From an uncultured Thermomicrobiales bacterium (lineage in GTDB: Bacteria > Chloroflexota > Chloroflexia > Thermomicrobiales > UBA6265): a stretch of 59,186 nt of DNA. The DNA is taken from positions 1-59,186 of the forward strand of contig CADCWE010000225.1 of assembly GCA_902806325.1 (NCBI GenBank), given 5' to 3'. Positions 1 to 9,620 of this stretch are shown here, piece after piece (position 1 is the first letter of the stretch; every line of letters starts with the position of its first letter). The notes beneath the pieces are model-generated. The model was not told where the DNA came from, did no database searches, and saw only the letters and a program-made list of their open reading frames with translations. Both the position numbers and the translations under genes were made by a program.

Positions 1-2
1 GC

Positions 3-908
3 ATGATGCTGCCCTCCGGCAACGACGCCGCGCGCGCCATCGCCCGCGATCTCGGCTACCAACCCGGTGACACCGACCAGGAAGCGGTCGACCGCTTCAT
101 CGGTCGCATCAACCAGCGCGTCAAGGACATGGGTCTCAACGACACCAACCTCGTCACGCCCGACGGCTGGGGCGTCCCCGGCCACCACTCCTCCGTCTAC
201 GACCTCGCCGCGTTCATGATGTACGCCCTCCAGTACCCCCGCTTCGTCGACGTCTTCTCCACCCGCGCTTACGAGACCAGCTCCGGCTACTACGTCACCA
301 ACACCAACAGGATGCTGAATTGGTACGATGGCATCGTCGGCGGCAAGACTGGGTTCGACTTCGACGCCGGCTACTGCCTGATCGAAGTCGCCGAGCGCGA
401 CGGCAACCGGATGATCTCCGTCACGCTCGACGGCGTCGCCCCGGACGACTGGTACGACGACAACCGGGTCCTCCTCGACTACGCCTTCGCCCAGAAAGCC
501 GCCGGCAATCGCCGCCAGCCGCTCTCCGCCGGGGTCGTCGCCTTCAAGGACCCCGACGCCGCCTTCATCGCCAAACACGCCGCCGGTGGCGCCTCCCTTG
601 GCCTCCCAGCCCCCGTTGTGGTCAACCAACCCCTCCCTGCCCCCGCCATCGCCGCAACCGCGCCCGCACGCGGATCCGATACCCGCACCCTCCAACTCCT
701 GGCGGCCCTTGGCGTCGCGGCGCTCCTGATCGCCGCCCGCGTCGCCGCCGCGGTCCCCCACCCCGCCGCCACCAGCGGACCCGGACGGCGCGGCACGCGC
801 CTCGCCATCCCCCACCTCTCCTTCCCCCGCCCGAACCTGACCGTTTCCACACCCAACCTCCGCCGGACCTCCATCGGCAAAACCCGCCTCCCGCGCCGCC
901 GCCGCTGA
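3..908 (+). CDS. D-alanyl-D-alanine carboxypeptidase (peptidase S11 / PBP5-like), 5'-truncated at the window edge
   Basis: ORF is open to the window start. It has the penicillin-binding motifs SxN (PSGND) and KTG (GGKTGFD), then a Pro/Ala-rich tail with a hydrophobic C-terminal anchor. Confidence 0.8.
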   Translation: MMLPSGNDAARAIARDLGYQPGDTDQEAVDRFIGRINQRVKDMGLNDTNLVTPDGWGVPGHHSSVYDLAAFMMYALQYPRFVDVFSTRAYETSSGYYVTNTNRMLNWYDGIVGGKTGFDFDAGYCLIEVAERDGNRMISVTLDGVAPDDWYDDNRVLLDYAFAQKAAGNRRQPLSAGVVAFKDPDAAFIAKHAAGGASLGLPAPVVVNQPLPAPAIAATAPARGSDTRTLQLLAALGVAALLIAARVAAAVPHPAATSGPGRRGTRLAIPHLSFPRPNLTVSTPNLRRTSIGKTRLPRRRR

Positions 909-1149
909 CCACATCTCGAGGGGAGGGGTTTCGCCAGATCTCGGGTTGGCCCGTGGGTGCCTGTCCGCCCCCCGGGCGCGGGCGCAGGGCCGACGGGCGT
1001 CGTCCGGAGCGGCGGGGTACCGCTTCGCTCGGACGGACCAGGGGATGGGGATCCTGACCTTCGGGCCCCGAGATCCCGTCAATCGCCCCTGGTCGGGGCC
1101 GGGGGGATGGCGCACGTCGCTCCGCCACGATGACGCGCGGGCGGATCGG

Positions 1150-1178
1150 TTGACGCCCGTCCCGTGCGGACCTATTCT
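1150..1178 (+). promoter_or_regulatory. sigma-70-type promoter TTGACG-17nt-TATTCT for the thrS leader
   Basis: TTGACG at 1150-1155, exact 17-nt spacer, TATTCT at 1173-1178. It lies about 260 nt upstream of the T-box terminator. Confidence 0.45.
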
Positions 1179-1184
1179 TGACCC

Positions 1185-1446
1185 AACAGAAGACGATGCC
1201 CCGACCGGGACGAGTAGCCACCCTCCCCCCGCCAGCGAGACCGGCCACCTGCTGCGAGGCCGGTTCGGGTCCGAGACGGTAAACACCCCCCGCGAGCCGA
1301 CCGTCGAACGCGCCTGGCGCCACTAGACCGGTCCGGACGGCCCCGTTAGCGGCCCCATCGAGCGACCCGCGCCGCGGCGCGGGTCGGAACGAGGGTGGAA
1401 CCACGTCGACCCGACGTCCCTTCTTTGGGGGATGGCGGGTTTTTTG
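1185..1446 (+). promoter_or_regulatory. T-box riboswitch leader (Thr specifier) upstream of thrS
   Basis: T-box sequence AACGAGGGTGGAACCACG at 1388-1405 (consensus AAnnnGGGUGGnACCGCG). CGAGUA (AGAGUA-like) at 1210-1216. AAAC-ACC-C at 1281-1288 gives an ACC specifier candidate. A terminator follows directly. Confidence 0.7.
1410..1446 (+). terminator. intrinsic terminator of the thrS T-box leader
   Basis: CCCGACGTCCC (1410-1420) pairs with GGGGATGGCGGG (1428-1439) at 10 of 11 positions. The loop is TTCTTTG and a TTTTTTG run follows. Confidence 0.65.
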
Positions 1447-1473
1447 TTGCCATCGGCCAGGGGCGCGCAACCA

Positions 1474-1500
1474 GACTTCCGACTTCCGACTTCCGACTCC
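1474..1500 (+). repeat. tandem heptamer GACTTCC x3 plus GACTCC
   Basis: Direct reading: gacttcc gacttcc gacttcc gactcc. It sits between the T-box terminator and the thrS SD (AGGAGG 1503-1508). Confidence 0.9.
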
Positions 1501-1513
1501 CCAGGAGGCTCCC

Positions 1514-3313
<1,800 letters not shown>

Positions 3314-3359
3314 CGCCGAGCACGCACCCCGGCCGGCCGGCCGGGGTGCGTGCTCGGCG
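3314..3359 (+). terminator. GC-rich perfect hairpin directly after the thrS stop (no U-tract)
   Basis: cgccgagcacgcaccccggcc / ggccggggtgcgtgctcggcg is a stem of about 21 bp. The next ORF's ATG is only 9 nt downstream, so it may be a stability or processing element rather than a full terminator. Confidence 0.4.
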
Positions 3360-3368
3360 GGGCCGTCG

Positions 3369-5111
3369 ATGACCGACCACACACCCATCCTCACCCCACG
3401 CCTCCGTCTGACCCCCCTCACGCCTGGCGACGCCGACGCCATGCACCCGGTCCTCGCCGACCCCGCGCTCTACGCGTTCACCGGCGGCGACCCGCCGACG
3501 CTGCCCGAACTCCGGGATCGCTACCTCCGACTCGCCCCCGGCTGGTCCCCGAACCGCGAGCAGCGGTGGCTCAACTGGATCGTCCGCCGCCTCCACGACG
3601 ACCGGGCGATCGGCTTCGTGCAGGCCACGTTGACGGGCGACCGGGCCGCCGTTGCCTGGGTGATCGGCGTCCCCTGGCAGGGGCGGGGTTACGCGGGCGA
3701 AGCCGCGTCCGCCCTGGTCGCCTGGCTCCGCTCGCGGTCCGTCGTCGCCATCGAGGCCCACGTCCACCCCGACCACGGCGCCTCCGCTGGCGTTGCCGCC
3801 GGGTCAGGATTGGTTCTTACCGGGGAGACCGTCGATGGCGAACAGGTCTGGCGGGCGGTGATGCCGACTGACGGTCGCGTTGATCCCGTCCCCGTCCTTC
3901 CTATTCGCTACAATGATCCCCACCGACCGCTGTCCGCGCCGAGGCGCCGCCCAGGAGCAACCCCGTTGTCGCCCACCGTCGCCGCACCCGCCACGACCGT
4001 TGACCTCGAGGCCCTGGTTCGCCCGGTTGTGCGCGCGATCCCGCCGTATCTCCCGGCGACCATCGAGACCGGCACCACCCCACCGCCTCACAACATCAAG
4101 CTAGACATGAACGAGTCGCCGTACGGTCCCTCGCCGAAGGTCCGGGCCGCCCTCGCGAACTTCGACCAAACCCACCGCTACCCCGACTTCGCCGCCAGCG
4201 AGCTGCGGACCGCCATCGCCGCCTATTGCGGCGCGCCGGTCGACCGGATCGTCGCCGGCGCCGGGTTGGACGACGTGCTCAATAACCTCGGCACGCTGCT
4301 GATCGATGCCGGAGACGAGGTGATCGTCTCCGAACCGACGTTTGGCGTCTACCGAGCCTTGTTCGCCCTCCACGGCGCCCGGATCGTCGACGTTCCGATC
4401 TCGGCGCAGCCGGGCTTCGCGCTGGACGCGGGGGAGATCCTCGGCGCCGTCGGACCACGCACCAAATTGGTGGTCGTCTGCAACCCGAACAACCCGACGG
4501 GCAACCTGTTCGACGCCGACGCCATCGAGCGGGTGATCGCCGAGGCGCCCTGCCTGGTCGCGGTCGACGAGGCCTACGCCGAGTTCGCCGGGACCACCAT
4601 GGTGCCCCTGATGGAGCGCTACCCGAACCTGGCCATCCTTCGCACCCTGAGCAAATTCGCCGGCCTGGCCGGCCTCCGCGTCGGCTACGGCATCTTCCCC
4701 GAACCCTTGATGCCTCACCTCTGGCGCGTCTCGCCCGCGTTCTGCAACGTGTCCGCCGCATCCACCGCCGCGGCGGTCGCCGCCCTCGACGACCTGCCCT
4801 ACCTCAACGGCCTCGTCGCCGGGATCACCCGCGACCGCGACGCCCTGGCGGCCAGCCTGCGCGAGCTGCCGGGCGTCGAACCGTACCCCTCGGCGACCAA
4901 CTTCCTCCTGGTCCGCCTCCCGGTTCCCGACGCCGGACCCGTCGTCGCCGCCCTGGCGGCGAGGGGGGTCCACGTCCGCCACTTTGCCAATCCGGTGCTC
5001 GGCATCGCGGACTGCTTGCGGGTCAGCATCGGCACAACCGAGGAGAACGAGATCTTTTTGGCGGAGTTGGCGGCGGTTTTGGGGTCCGGCATGGCGGAGC
5101 GGCTGGTTTGA
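3369..5111 (+). CDS. hisC: GNAT N-acetyltransferase domain (aa 1 to about 165) continuous in frame with histidinol-phosphate aminotransferase
   Basis: Single 580-aa ORF. The N-terminus is RimJ/RimL-like GNAT (WVIGVPWQGRGYAGEA). A Pro/Arg-rich linker follows, then a class II aminotransferase (LDMNESPYGPSP, NPNNPTG, LSKFAGLAGLRVGY). No stop codon separates the two parts. Confidence 0.75.
   Translation: MTDHTPILTPRLRLTPLTPGDADAMHPVLADPALYAFTGGDPPTLPELRDRYLRLAPGWSPNREQRWLNWIVRRLHDDRAIGFVQATLTGDRAAVAWVIGVPWQGRGYAGEAASALVAWLRSRSVVAIEAHVHPDHGASAGVAAGSGLVLTGETVDGEQVWRAVMPTDGRVDPVPVLPIRYNDPHRPLSAPRRRPGATPLSPTVAAPATTVDLEALVRPVVRAIPPYLPATIETGTTPPPHNIKLDMNESPYGPSPKVRAALANFDQTHRYPDFAASELRTAIAAYCGAPVDRIVAGAGLDDVLNNLGTLLIDAGDEVIVSEPTFGVYRALFALHGARIVDVPISAQPGFALDAGEILGAVGPRTKLVVVCNPNNPTGNLFDADAIERVIAEAPCLVAVDEAYAEFAGTTMVPLMERYPNLAILRTLSKFAGLAGLRVGYGIFPEPLMPHLWRVSPAFCNVSAASTAAAVAALDDLPYLNGLVAGITRDRDALAASLRELPGVEPYPSATNFLLVRLPVPDAGPVVAALAARGVHVRHFANPVLGIADCLRVSIGTTEENEIFLAELAAVLGSGMAERLV
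3966..5111 (+). CDS. hisC: histidinol-phosphate aminotransferase from an internal TTG start (alternative product, 381 aa)
   Basis: AGGAG at 3953-3957 lies 8 nt before the in-frame TTG at 3966. An AT-rich TACAAT at 3909-3914 is upstream. The resulting length is typical for HisC. Confidence 0.5.
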   Translation: MSPTVAAPATTVDLEALVRPVVRAIPPYLPATIETGTTPPPHNIKLDMNESPYGPSPKVRAALANFDQTHRYPDFAASELRTAIAAYCGAPVDRIVAGAGLDDVLNNLGTLLIDAGDEVIVSEPTFGVYRALFALHGARIVDVPISAQPGFALDAGEILGAVGPRTKLVVVCNPNNPTGNLFDADAIERVIAEAPCLVAVDEAYAEFAGTTMVPLMERYPNLAILRTLSKFAGLAGLRVGYGIFPEPLMPHLWRVSPAFCNVSAASTAAAVAALDDLPYLNGLVAGITRDRDALAASLRELPGVEPYPSATNFLLVRLPVPDAGPVVAALAARGVHVRHFANPVLGIADCLRVSIGTTEENEIFLAELAAVLGSGMAERLV

Positions 5112-5127
5112 CGGCCTCCGGCGCAAG

Positions 5128-5289
5128 CCCTCACCCCGGCGCTTCGCGCCACCCCGCTCCCGTGCGCGGGCGAGGGGACGTGGTCGCGTTGCTCGGGGGT
5201 ACTAAGGGGAACGAAGCGATCCTGTCGGGAAATGCCCGTCCCCTCTCCCGCGCTTCGGGAGCGGGGTCGCCTTTAGGCTGGGGTGAGGG
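5128..5289. repeat. REP/MITE-like element: two inverted copies of about 52 nt flanking a spacer of about 59 nt
   Basis: Copy A is 5128-5179. The reverse complement of copy B (5239-5289) shares the blocks ccctcacccc, accccgctcccg, gcgcggg and gaggggac. It lies in the hisC-hisB intergenic region. Confidence 0.85.
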
Positions 5290-5331
5290 ACGTTACGGCG
5301 TGAGGGCTTGCACCACGCCGGGGGCCTTCCC

Positions 5332-5928
5332 ATGACCACCCTTCGCATCGCCACCATCGCGCGCAAAACGAACGAGACCGAGATCGCCCTCACCCTCGAT
5401 CTTGACGGCGGCGACATCGAGGTCGAGACCGGCGTCCCGTTCTTCGACCACATGCTGGACGCGCTCGGGCGCCACGGCCGGTTCGGGATCGCCGTCCGGT
5501 GCCGGGGAGATGCCATGATGGATCCCCACCACACCGTGGAGGACGTCGGGATCGCGCTCGGTCAGGCGTTCAAAGCGGCCCTCGGCGACCGGGCCGGTGT
5601 CGCCCGCTACGGGCACGCCTACGCCCCGCTGGACGAGGCGCTTGCCCGCGTCGTCGTCGACTGCTCGGGCCGCCCCTTTCTCCTTTTCGCGGCCGAGATG
5701 CCGGAATCGGCGATCGGAAGGGATTTCGCCGCGAGTCTGGTCGAGGAGTTCTGGCGCGCCCTCGCCGTCAACGCCGGTCTCACCGTCCACGTCGACCTGC
5801 TGCGCGCCCGCAACGCCCACCACGCCGCCGAGGCGATTTTTAAGGCCGGGGCACTGGCCCTGCACCACGCCACGCGCCGTAGCGGCGACCCGGCCCGCGT
5901 TCCCAGCACCAAAGGAGTCCTCGCGTGA
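5332..5928 (+). CDS. hisB: imidazoleglycerol-phosphate dehydratase (monofunctional)
   Basis: MTTLRIATIARKTNETEI...DHHTVED motifs. The ATG at 5332 was chosen over the upstream ATG at 5308. Confidence 0.93.
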   Translation: MTTLRIATIARKTNETEIALTLDLDGGDIEVETGVPFFDHMLDALGRHGRFGIAVRCRGDAMMDPHHTVEDVGIALGQAFKAALGDRAGVARYGHAYAPLDEALARVVVDCSGRPFLLFAAEMPESAIGRDFAASLVEEFWRALAVNAGLTVHVDLLRARNAHHAAEAIFKAGALALHHATRRSGDPARVPSTKGVLA

Positions 5929-6581
5929 TCGCCGTCATCGACTACGGGGCCGGAAATCTGCGCTCCATCCGACGCGCCCTGGAAGCCGCCGGGTCCGAGA
6001 CCGTCGTCACCGCCGACCCGGCCGTCGTCGCCCAAGCCGACGCCGTCGTCCTGCCCGGCGTCGGCGCTGCCGCCCACGCGATGGACCGCTTGAACGAACT
6101 GGGCATGACCCCGGTTGTCCGCGACGCGGTGGCGGCCGGCAAACCCTTCCTCGGCATCTGCCTTGGGATGCAGATCCTCTTCGAGCACCAGGAAGAAGGC
6201 GACAGCCACGGCCTCGGCCTGCTGCGCGGTCGGGTCCGTTCGCTGGTGCCGGACGCGGCGACCAAGGTGCCCCACATCGGCTGGAACCGCTCCCGCGTCG
6301 TTGCCCCCGGTCCCCTCGGCGCCGCGGGCGACGAGCGGCATTACTACTTCGTCCACTCCTACGTCGTCGAACCGGACGATCCCGCCGATGTCGCCGCCGA
6401 AACCGACTATGGCGTCCCTTTCCCTAGCGTCGTCGTCCGCAACAACATCTGGGGAACGCAGTTCCACCCCGAGAAAAGCGGCCCGGACGGCCTCGCCCTG
6501 ATCGCAGCTTTTGTCGCGGTGGCCGGAGAGTGTACGCCCGTGCCGGAACCCGAACCCGTCGCCGCTGGAAGCGCCCGGTGA
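5925..6581 (+). CDS. hisH: imidazole glycerol phosphate synthase, glutamine amidotransferase subunit
   Basis: MIAVIDYGAGNLRS..GICLGMQ..HSY signature. The GTG start overlaps the hisB stop (GTGA). Confidence 0.95.
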   Translation: MIAVIDYGAGNLRSIRRALEAAGSETVVTADPAVVAQADAVVLPGVGAAAHAMDRLNELGMTPVVRDAVAAGKPFLGICLGMQILFEHQEEGDSHGLGLLRGRVRSLVPDAATKVPHIGWNRSRVVAPGPLGAAGDERHYYFVHSYVVEPDDPADVAAETDYGVPFPSVVVRNNIWGTQFHPEKSGPDGLALIAAFVAVAGECTPVPEPEPVAAGSAR

Positions 6582-7315
6582 TCGTTTACCCCGCGATCGA
6601 TATCCGGGGCGGGCGCTGCGTCCGCCTCGTCGAAGGCGATTTCGCCCGCGAAACCGTCTTCGATGCCGACCCCGCCGACGCCGCCCGGCGGTGGGCGGAC
6701 GCCGGGGCGGAGTGGCTCCACGTCGTGGATTTGGACGGCGCCGTGGTCGGTGAACCGGTCAACGTGCCCGCCCTGGTCCGCATCCGCCGGGCGACCGACT
6801 TGCCAATCCAGCTCGGCGGTGGCCTGCGCCTGGACGAGCACCTCGCCGCCGCCTTCGACCACGGCGCCACGCGGGTCGTGCTCGGCACCGCCGCCCTCCG
6901 CGACCCCGATCTCGTCTCCCGCGCGGTCGATCGCTGGGCCGATGCCGTCGCCGTCGGCCTCGACGCCCGCGACGGCAAGCTCGCCCTCGACGGCTGGCTC
7001 GACCAAACCGACACCCTCGCCGAAGACCTCGCCGTTCGACTGCGCGAAATCGGCGTTCGCCACTTCGTCTTCACCGATATCCGCCGCGACGGGACGCTCT
7101 CCGGCCCCAACGTCCCCGCGTTAGCATCCCTGATCGCCCGCCTGCGCACCGGCGTGATCGCCTCCGGCGGCGTTGGAGCGATCGCGGACATCGCCGCCGT
7201 CCGCGCCACCGGCGCCGAGGGGGTGATCGTCGGCCGCGCGTTGTACGATGGGAGCGTCGATTTGGCCGCCGCGATCGCGCTCGCCCGTTCCGAAAACGCG
7301 ATCGTTGGCCCCTAG
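6578..7315 (+). CDS. hisA: ProFAR isomerase
   Basis: VIVYPAIDIRGGRCVRLVEGDF N-terminus. The GTG at 6578 overlaps the hisH stop (GTGA). Confidence 0.93.
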   Translation: MIVYPAIDIRGGRCVRLVEGDFARETVFDADPADAARRWADAGAEWLHVVDLDGAVVGEPVNVPALVRIRRATDLPIQLGGGLRLDEHLAAAFDHGATRVVLGTAALRDPDLVSRAVDRWADAVAVGLDARDGKLALDGWLDQTDTLAEDLAVRLREIGVRHFVFTDIRRDGTLSGPNVPALASLIARLRTGVIASGGVGAIADIAAVRATGAEGVIVGRALYDGSVDLAAAIALARSENAIVGP

Positions 7316-7338
7316 CTCCGCCGATGCGGGGATTTCGA

Positions 7339-7388
7339 CCCCTCGCCCTCGCCCGGGAGAGGGATGGCGCGAAGCGCCGGCGCGAGGG
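7339..7388. repeat. third copy of the REP-like unit seen at 5128-5289
   Basis: cccctcgccctcgcccgggagagggatggcgcgaagcgccggcgcgaggg aligns with the reverse complement of copy A (cccctcgcccgcgcacgggagcggggtggcgcgaagcgccggggtgaggg). It lies in the hisA-hisF gap. Confidence 0.7.
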
Positions 7389-7427
7389 CCGTCCTTCTCC
7401 CCCTAGCCGCAGAAAGACCAACCCCTC

Positions 7428-8234
7428 ATGCACCCCTCCCCCGCCCCACCCGCCGCCCGTCCTCAGACCTCCGGCCTCACCCGCCGCGTCATCCCTTGCC
7501 TGGACGTGACCGACGGCCGGGTCGTCAAGGGTGTCTCGTTCGTCGCGCTGCGCGACGCCGGTGACCCGGTCGAGCTGGCCGCCTTCTACGACGCCGAGGG
7601 CGCCGACGAACTCGTCTTCCTCGACATCACCGCCTCGTCGGACTCCCGTCGCACGATGACCGACGTGGTCGCCCGCACCGCCGACCAGGTGTTTATCCCG
7701 CTGACGGTCGGCGGTGGCGTCCGGGCGGTGTCCGACATCCGCGAGCTGCTCGACGCCGGGGCCGACAAGGTCTCCCTCAACACCGCCGCCCTGGCCAACC
7801 CCTCGCTGATCACCGCCGGGGCGGACGTGTTTGGTTCCCAGTGCATCGTCGTCGCCATCGACGCGCGCCGTCGCCCCGATGGGGGCGGGTGGGAGGTCTA
7901 CACCCACGGCGGACGTCGCCCGACCGGCCAGGACGCCGTCTCCTGGGCCCAAGAGGCCACCGGTCGCGGAGCTGGCGAGATCCTGCTGACCAGCATGGAC
8001 CGCGACGGCACCAAGGACGGCTACGACCTGCCCCTGCTGGAAGCGGTCGGCGGCGCCGTGACGGTCCCCGTGATCGCCTCCGGCGGTGCGGGGACCCTGG
8101 ACCACCTGGTCGAGGCCCTCGCCCCCGGCCGGGCCGACGCCGTCCTCGCCGCCTCGATCTTCCACTTCGGCGAGTTCCGGGTCGCGGAAGCCAAGCGCCA
8201 CCTCGCCGGCAACGGCATCCCGGTCCGCCCATGA
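7428..8234 (+). CDS. hisF: imidazole glycerol phosphate synthase, cyclase subunit
   Basis: [34 protein letters not shown] motifs, with a short Pro/Ala-rich N-terminal extension. Confidence 0.95.
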   Translation: MHPSPAPPAARPQTSGLTRRVIPCLDVTDGRVVKGVSFVALRDAGDPVELAAFYDAEGADELVFLDITASSDSRRTMTDVVARTADQVFIPLTVGGGVRAVSDIRELLDAGADKVSLNTAALANPSLITAGADVFGSQCIVVAIDARRRPDGGGWEVYTHGGRRPTGQDAVSWAQEATGRGAGEILLTSMDRDGTKDGYDLPLLEAVGGAVTVPVIASGGAGTLDHLVEALAPGRADAVLAASIFHFGEFRVAEAKRHLAGNGIPVRP

Positions 8235-9190
8235 CGGATACAGCCCCAGCAACCACGTCACCCGCGCCACCGCTCGATTGGGGACCGGACGGCCTGATCC
8301 CCGTCGTCGCCCAAGAGGCCGAAACCGGTGCCGTGCTCATGGTCGCCTTCGCCAACGCCGAAGCCCTAGCCGCAACTCGCGCTACGGGCCGTGCCCACTA
8401 TTGGAGCCGAAGCCGGAACAGGCTCTGGCGCAAGGGCTCCACCTCCGGCCACGAGCAGGTCGTGGACGCGATCTTCGTCAACTGCGACCAGAACAGCCTG
8501 CTCTACGCCGTTCGTCAGCTCGGCGCCGTCTGCCACGACGGTTACCCGACCTGCTACTACCGCCGCCTCGAACTCGACGACACCCTGACCGTGATCGCCG
8601 ACCGCGCCTTCGACCCCGGTACCGTCTACGGCGACGACGACCTTGCCGGCCAAACCCGCCTCCTCTTCGGCGCCTACGCCTTCCTCCGGAACCACGACCT
8701 GGCCGCCGTCTCCGGCACCGCCGCCCGCCTCCGCGCCGCGGAGGACCACCCCGTGTGGGCCCTCGCCGGCCGCCTGGCCGACGAGCTGCGCGAACTCGCC
8801 GGTGTCCTCGACGGCAGCCACGTCCACCGTTCCCCCGAGGAAGACGCCGTGCTCGAAGGCACCCAGGTCTTCTATTGGACGCTGCTCATTGCGTTGCGGG
8901 CGGGCATCGGGTGGGAGACCCTCCGCCCCGATCGCGCCTTCGCCACCGCCTCGCCCGGCGAACCCCTGGCCGCCTCCACCGTCGCCCGGCTGCTCCGCGC
9001 CAAGGCCGACCGTTGGTCCGGGCCGCTGCCGGCCGACCTTGGTCCGCATCTCCACGCCACCTTGGCGCTGCTTGCCCAGGCGGCCCATGCCGGCGGCATC
9101 GCACCGGCGGCGGTCGTTGCCGCCGACCTCGCGGCGCTGCGCCAGAAGGAGTATTTGGGACCGTACTTCGCCCTGCATGAGGACCGGTGA
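8231..9190 (+). CDS. hisIE: phosphoribosyl-AMP cyclohydrolase fused to an enlarged HisE-like (MazG-type) C-terminal region
   Basis: HisI core ([29 protein letters not shown]). ATG 8231 overlaps the hisF stop (ATGA). The C-terminal region is about 200 aa and contains two HisE-like helical segments. Confidence 0.85.
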   Translation: MTDTAPATTSPAPPLDWGPDGLIPVVAQEAETGAVLMVAFANAEALAATRATGRAHYWSRSRNRLWRKGSTSGHEQVVDAIFVNCDQNSLLYAVRQLGAVCHDGYPTCYYRRLELDDTLTVIADRAFDPGTVYGDDDLAGQTRLLFGAYAFLRNHDLAAVSGTAARLRAAEDHPVWALAGRLADELRELAGVLDGSHVHRSPEEDAVLEGTQVFYWTLLIALRAGIGWETLRPDRAFATASPGEPLAASTVARLLRAKADRWSGPLPADLGPHLHATLALLAQAAHAGGIAPAAVVAADLAALRQKEYLGPYFALHEDR

Positions 9191-9526
9191 GACTTCCACC
9201 GGAATGGGAGCCTCGACAACGGCGGTCGGAGATCGGGCAGACCTGACTGTCGTCCGTCCAACACACCGCGAGGACGCTCGCTCCCCACGCCGGCGGGGAC
9301 GCCACGGCCCACCGGGAGCGCCACCGGGGCCGACCCCGAATCCCTCGGCACGAATGACGGATCGCGCAAACGCGCCGACACCGGTGGGTGCTGCTCGTCG
9401 CGGAATGGCGTTGGGCCGCATCTCCGATGATCTACGGGACCGGCACCGGCAGGTCCGGTCGCCCGTGTTGACCGCCTTGCCGATCCGAACGATGCCACCA
9501 TCGGGACGGTGGTTCGCCACGACGCA

Positions 9527-9535
9527 TGGTAAACT
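9527..9535 (+). promoter_or_regulatory. candidate extended -10 (TGGTAAACT)
   Basis: A TGn-TAAACT motif about 85 nt upstream of the DUF512 gene ATG. No good -35 element is present. Confidence 0.3.
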
Positions 9536-9620
9536 GTTCGGGTTGACGCGCCGCTGGCCGAAAACGGCAAAGCGGCGTTTGTCGTTATTGATTGCACGTC
9601 CAGGTACCGGATATCAGCCC

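Noticed and set aside
3880-4104. A 74-aa ORF starting in the GNAT-HisC linker (frame +2), and the ATG at 3861 as a HisC start.
   Set aside because: The 74-aa product is Pro/Arg-rich and non-protein-like. ATG 3861 has no SD and would add about 35 linker residues. The TTG at 3966 with AGGAG is a better internal start.
9450-9458. CAGGTCCGG in the 430-nt gap, reminiscent of the SRP RNA helix-8 motif (AGGUCCGGAAGGAAGCAGC).
   Set aside because: The GGAAGGAAGC continuation and the symmetric loop partner are absent. It is probably chance in GC-rich DNA.
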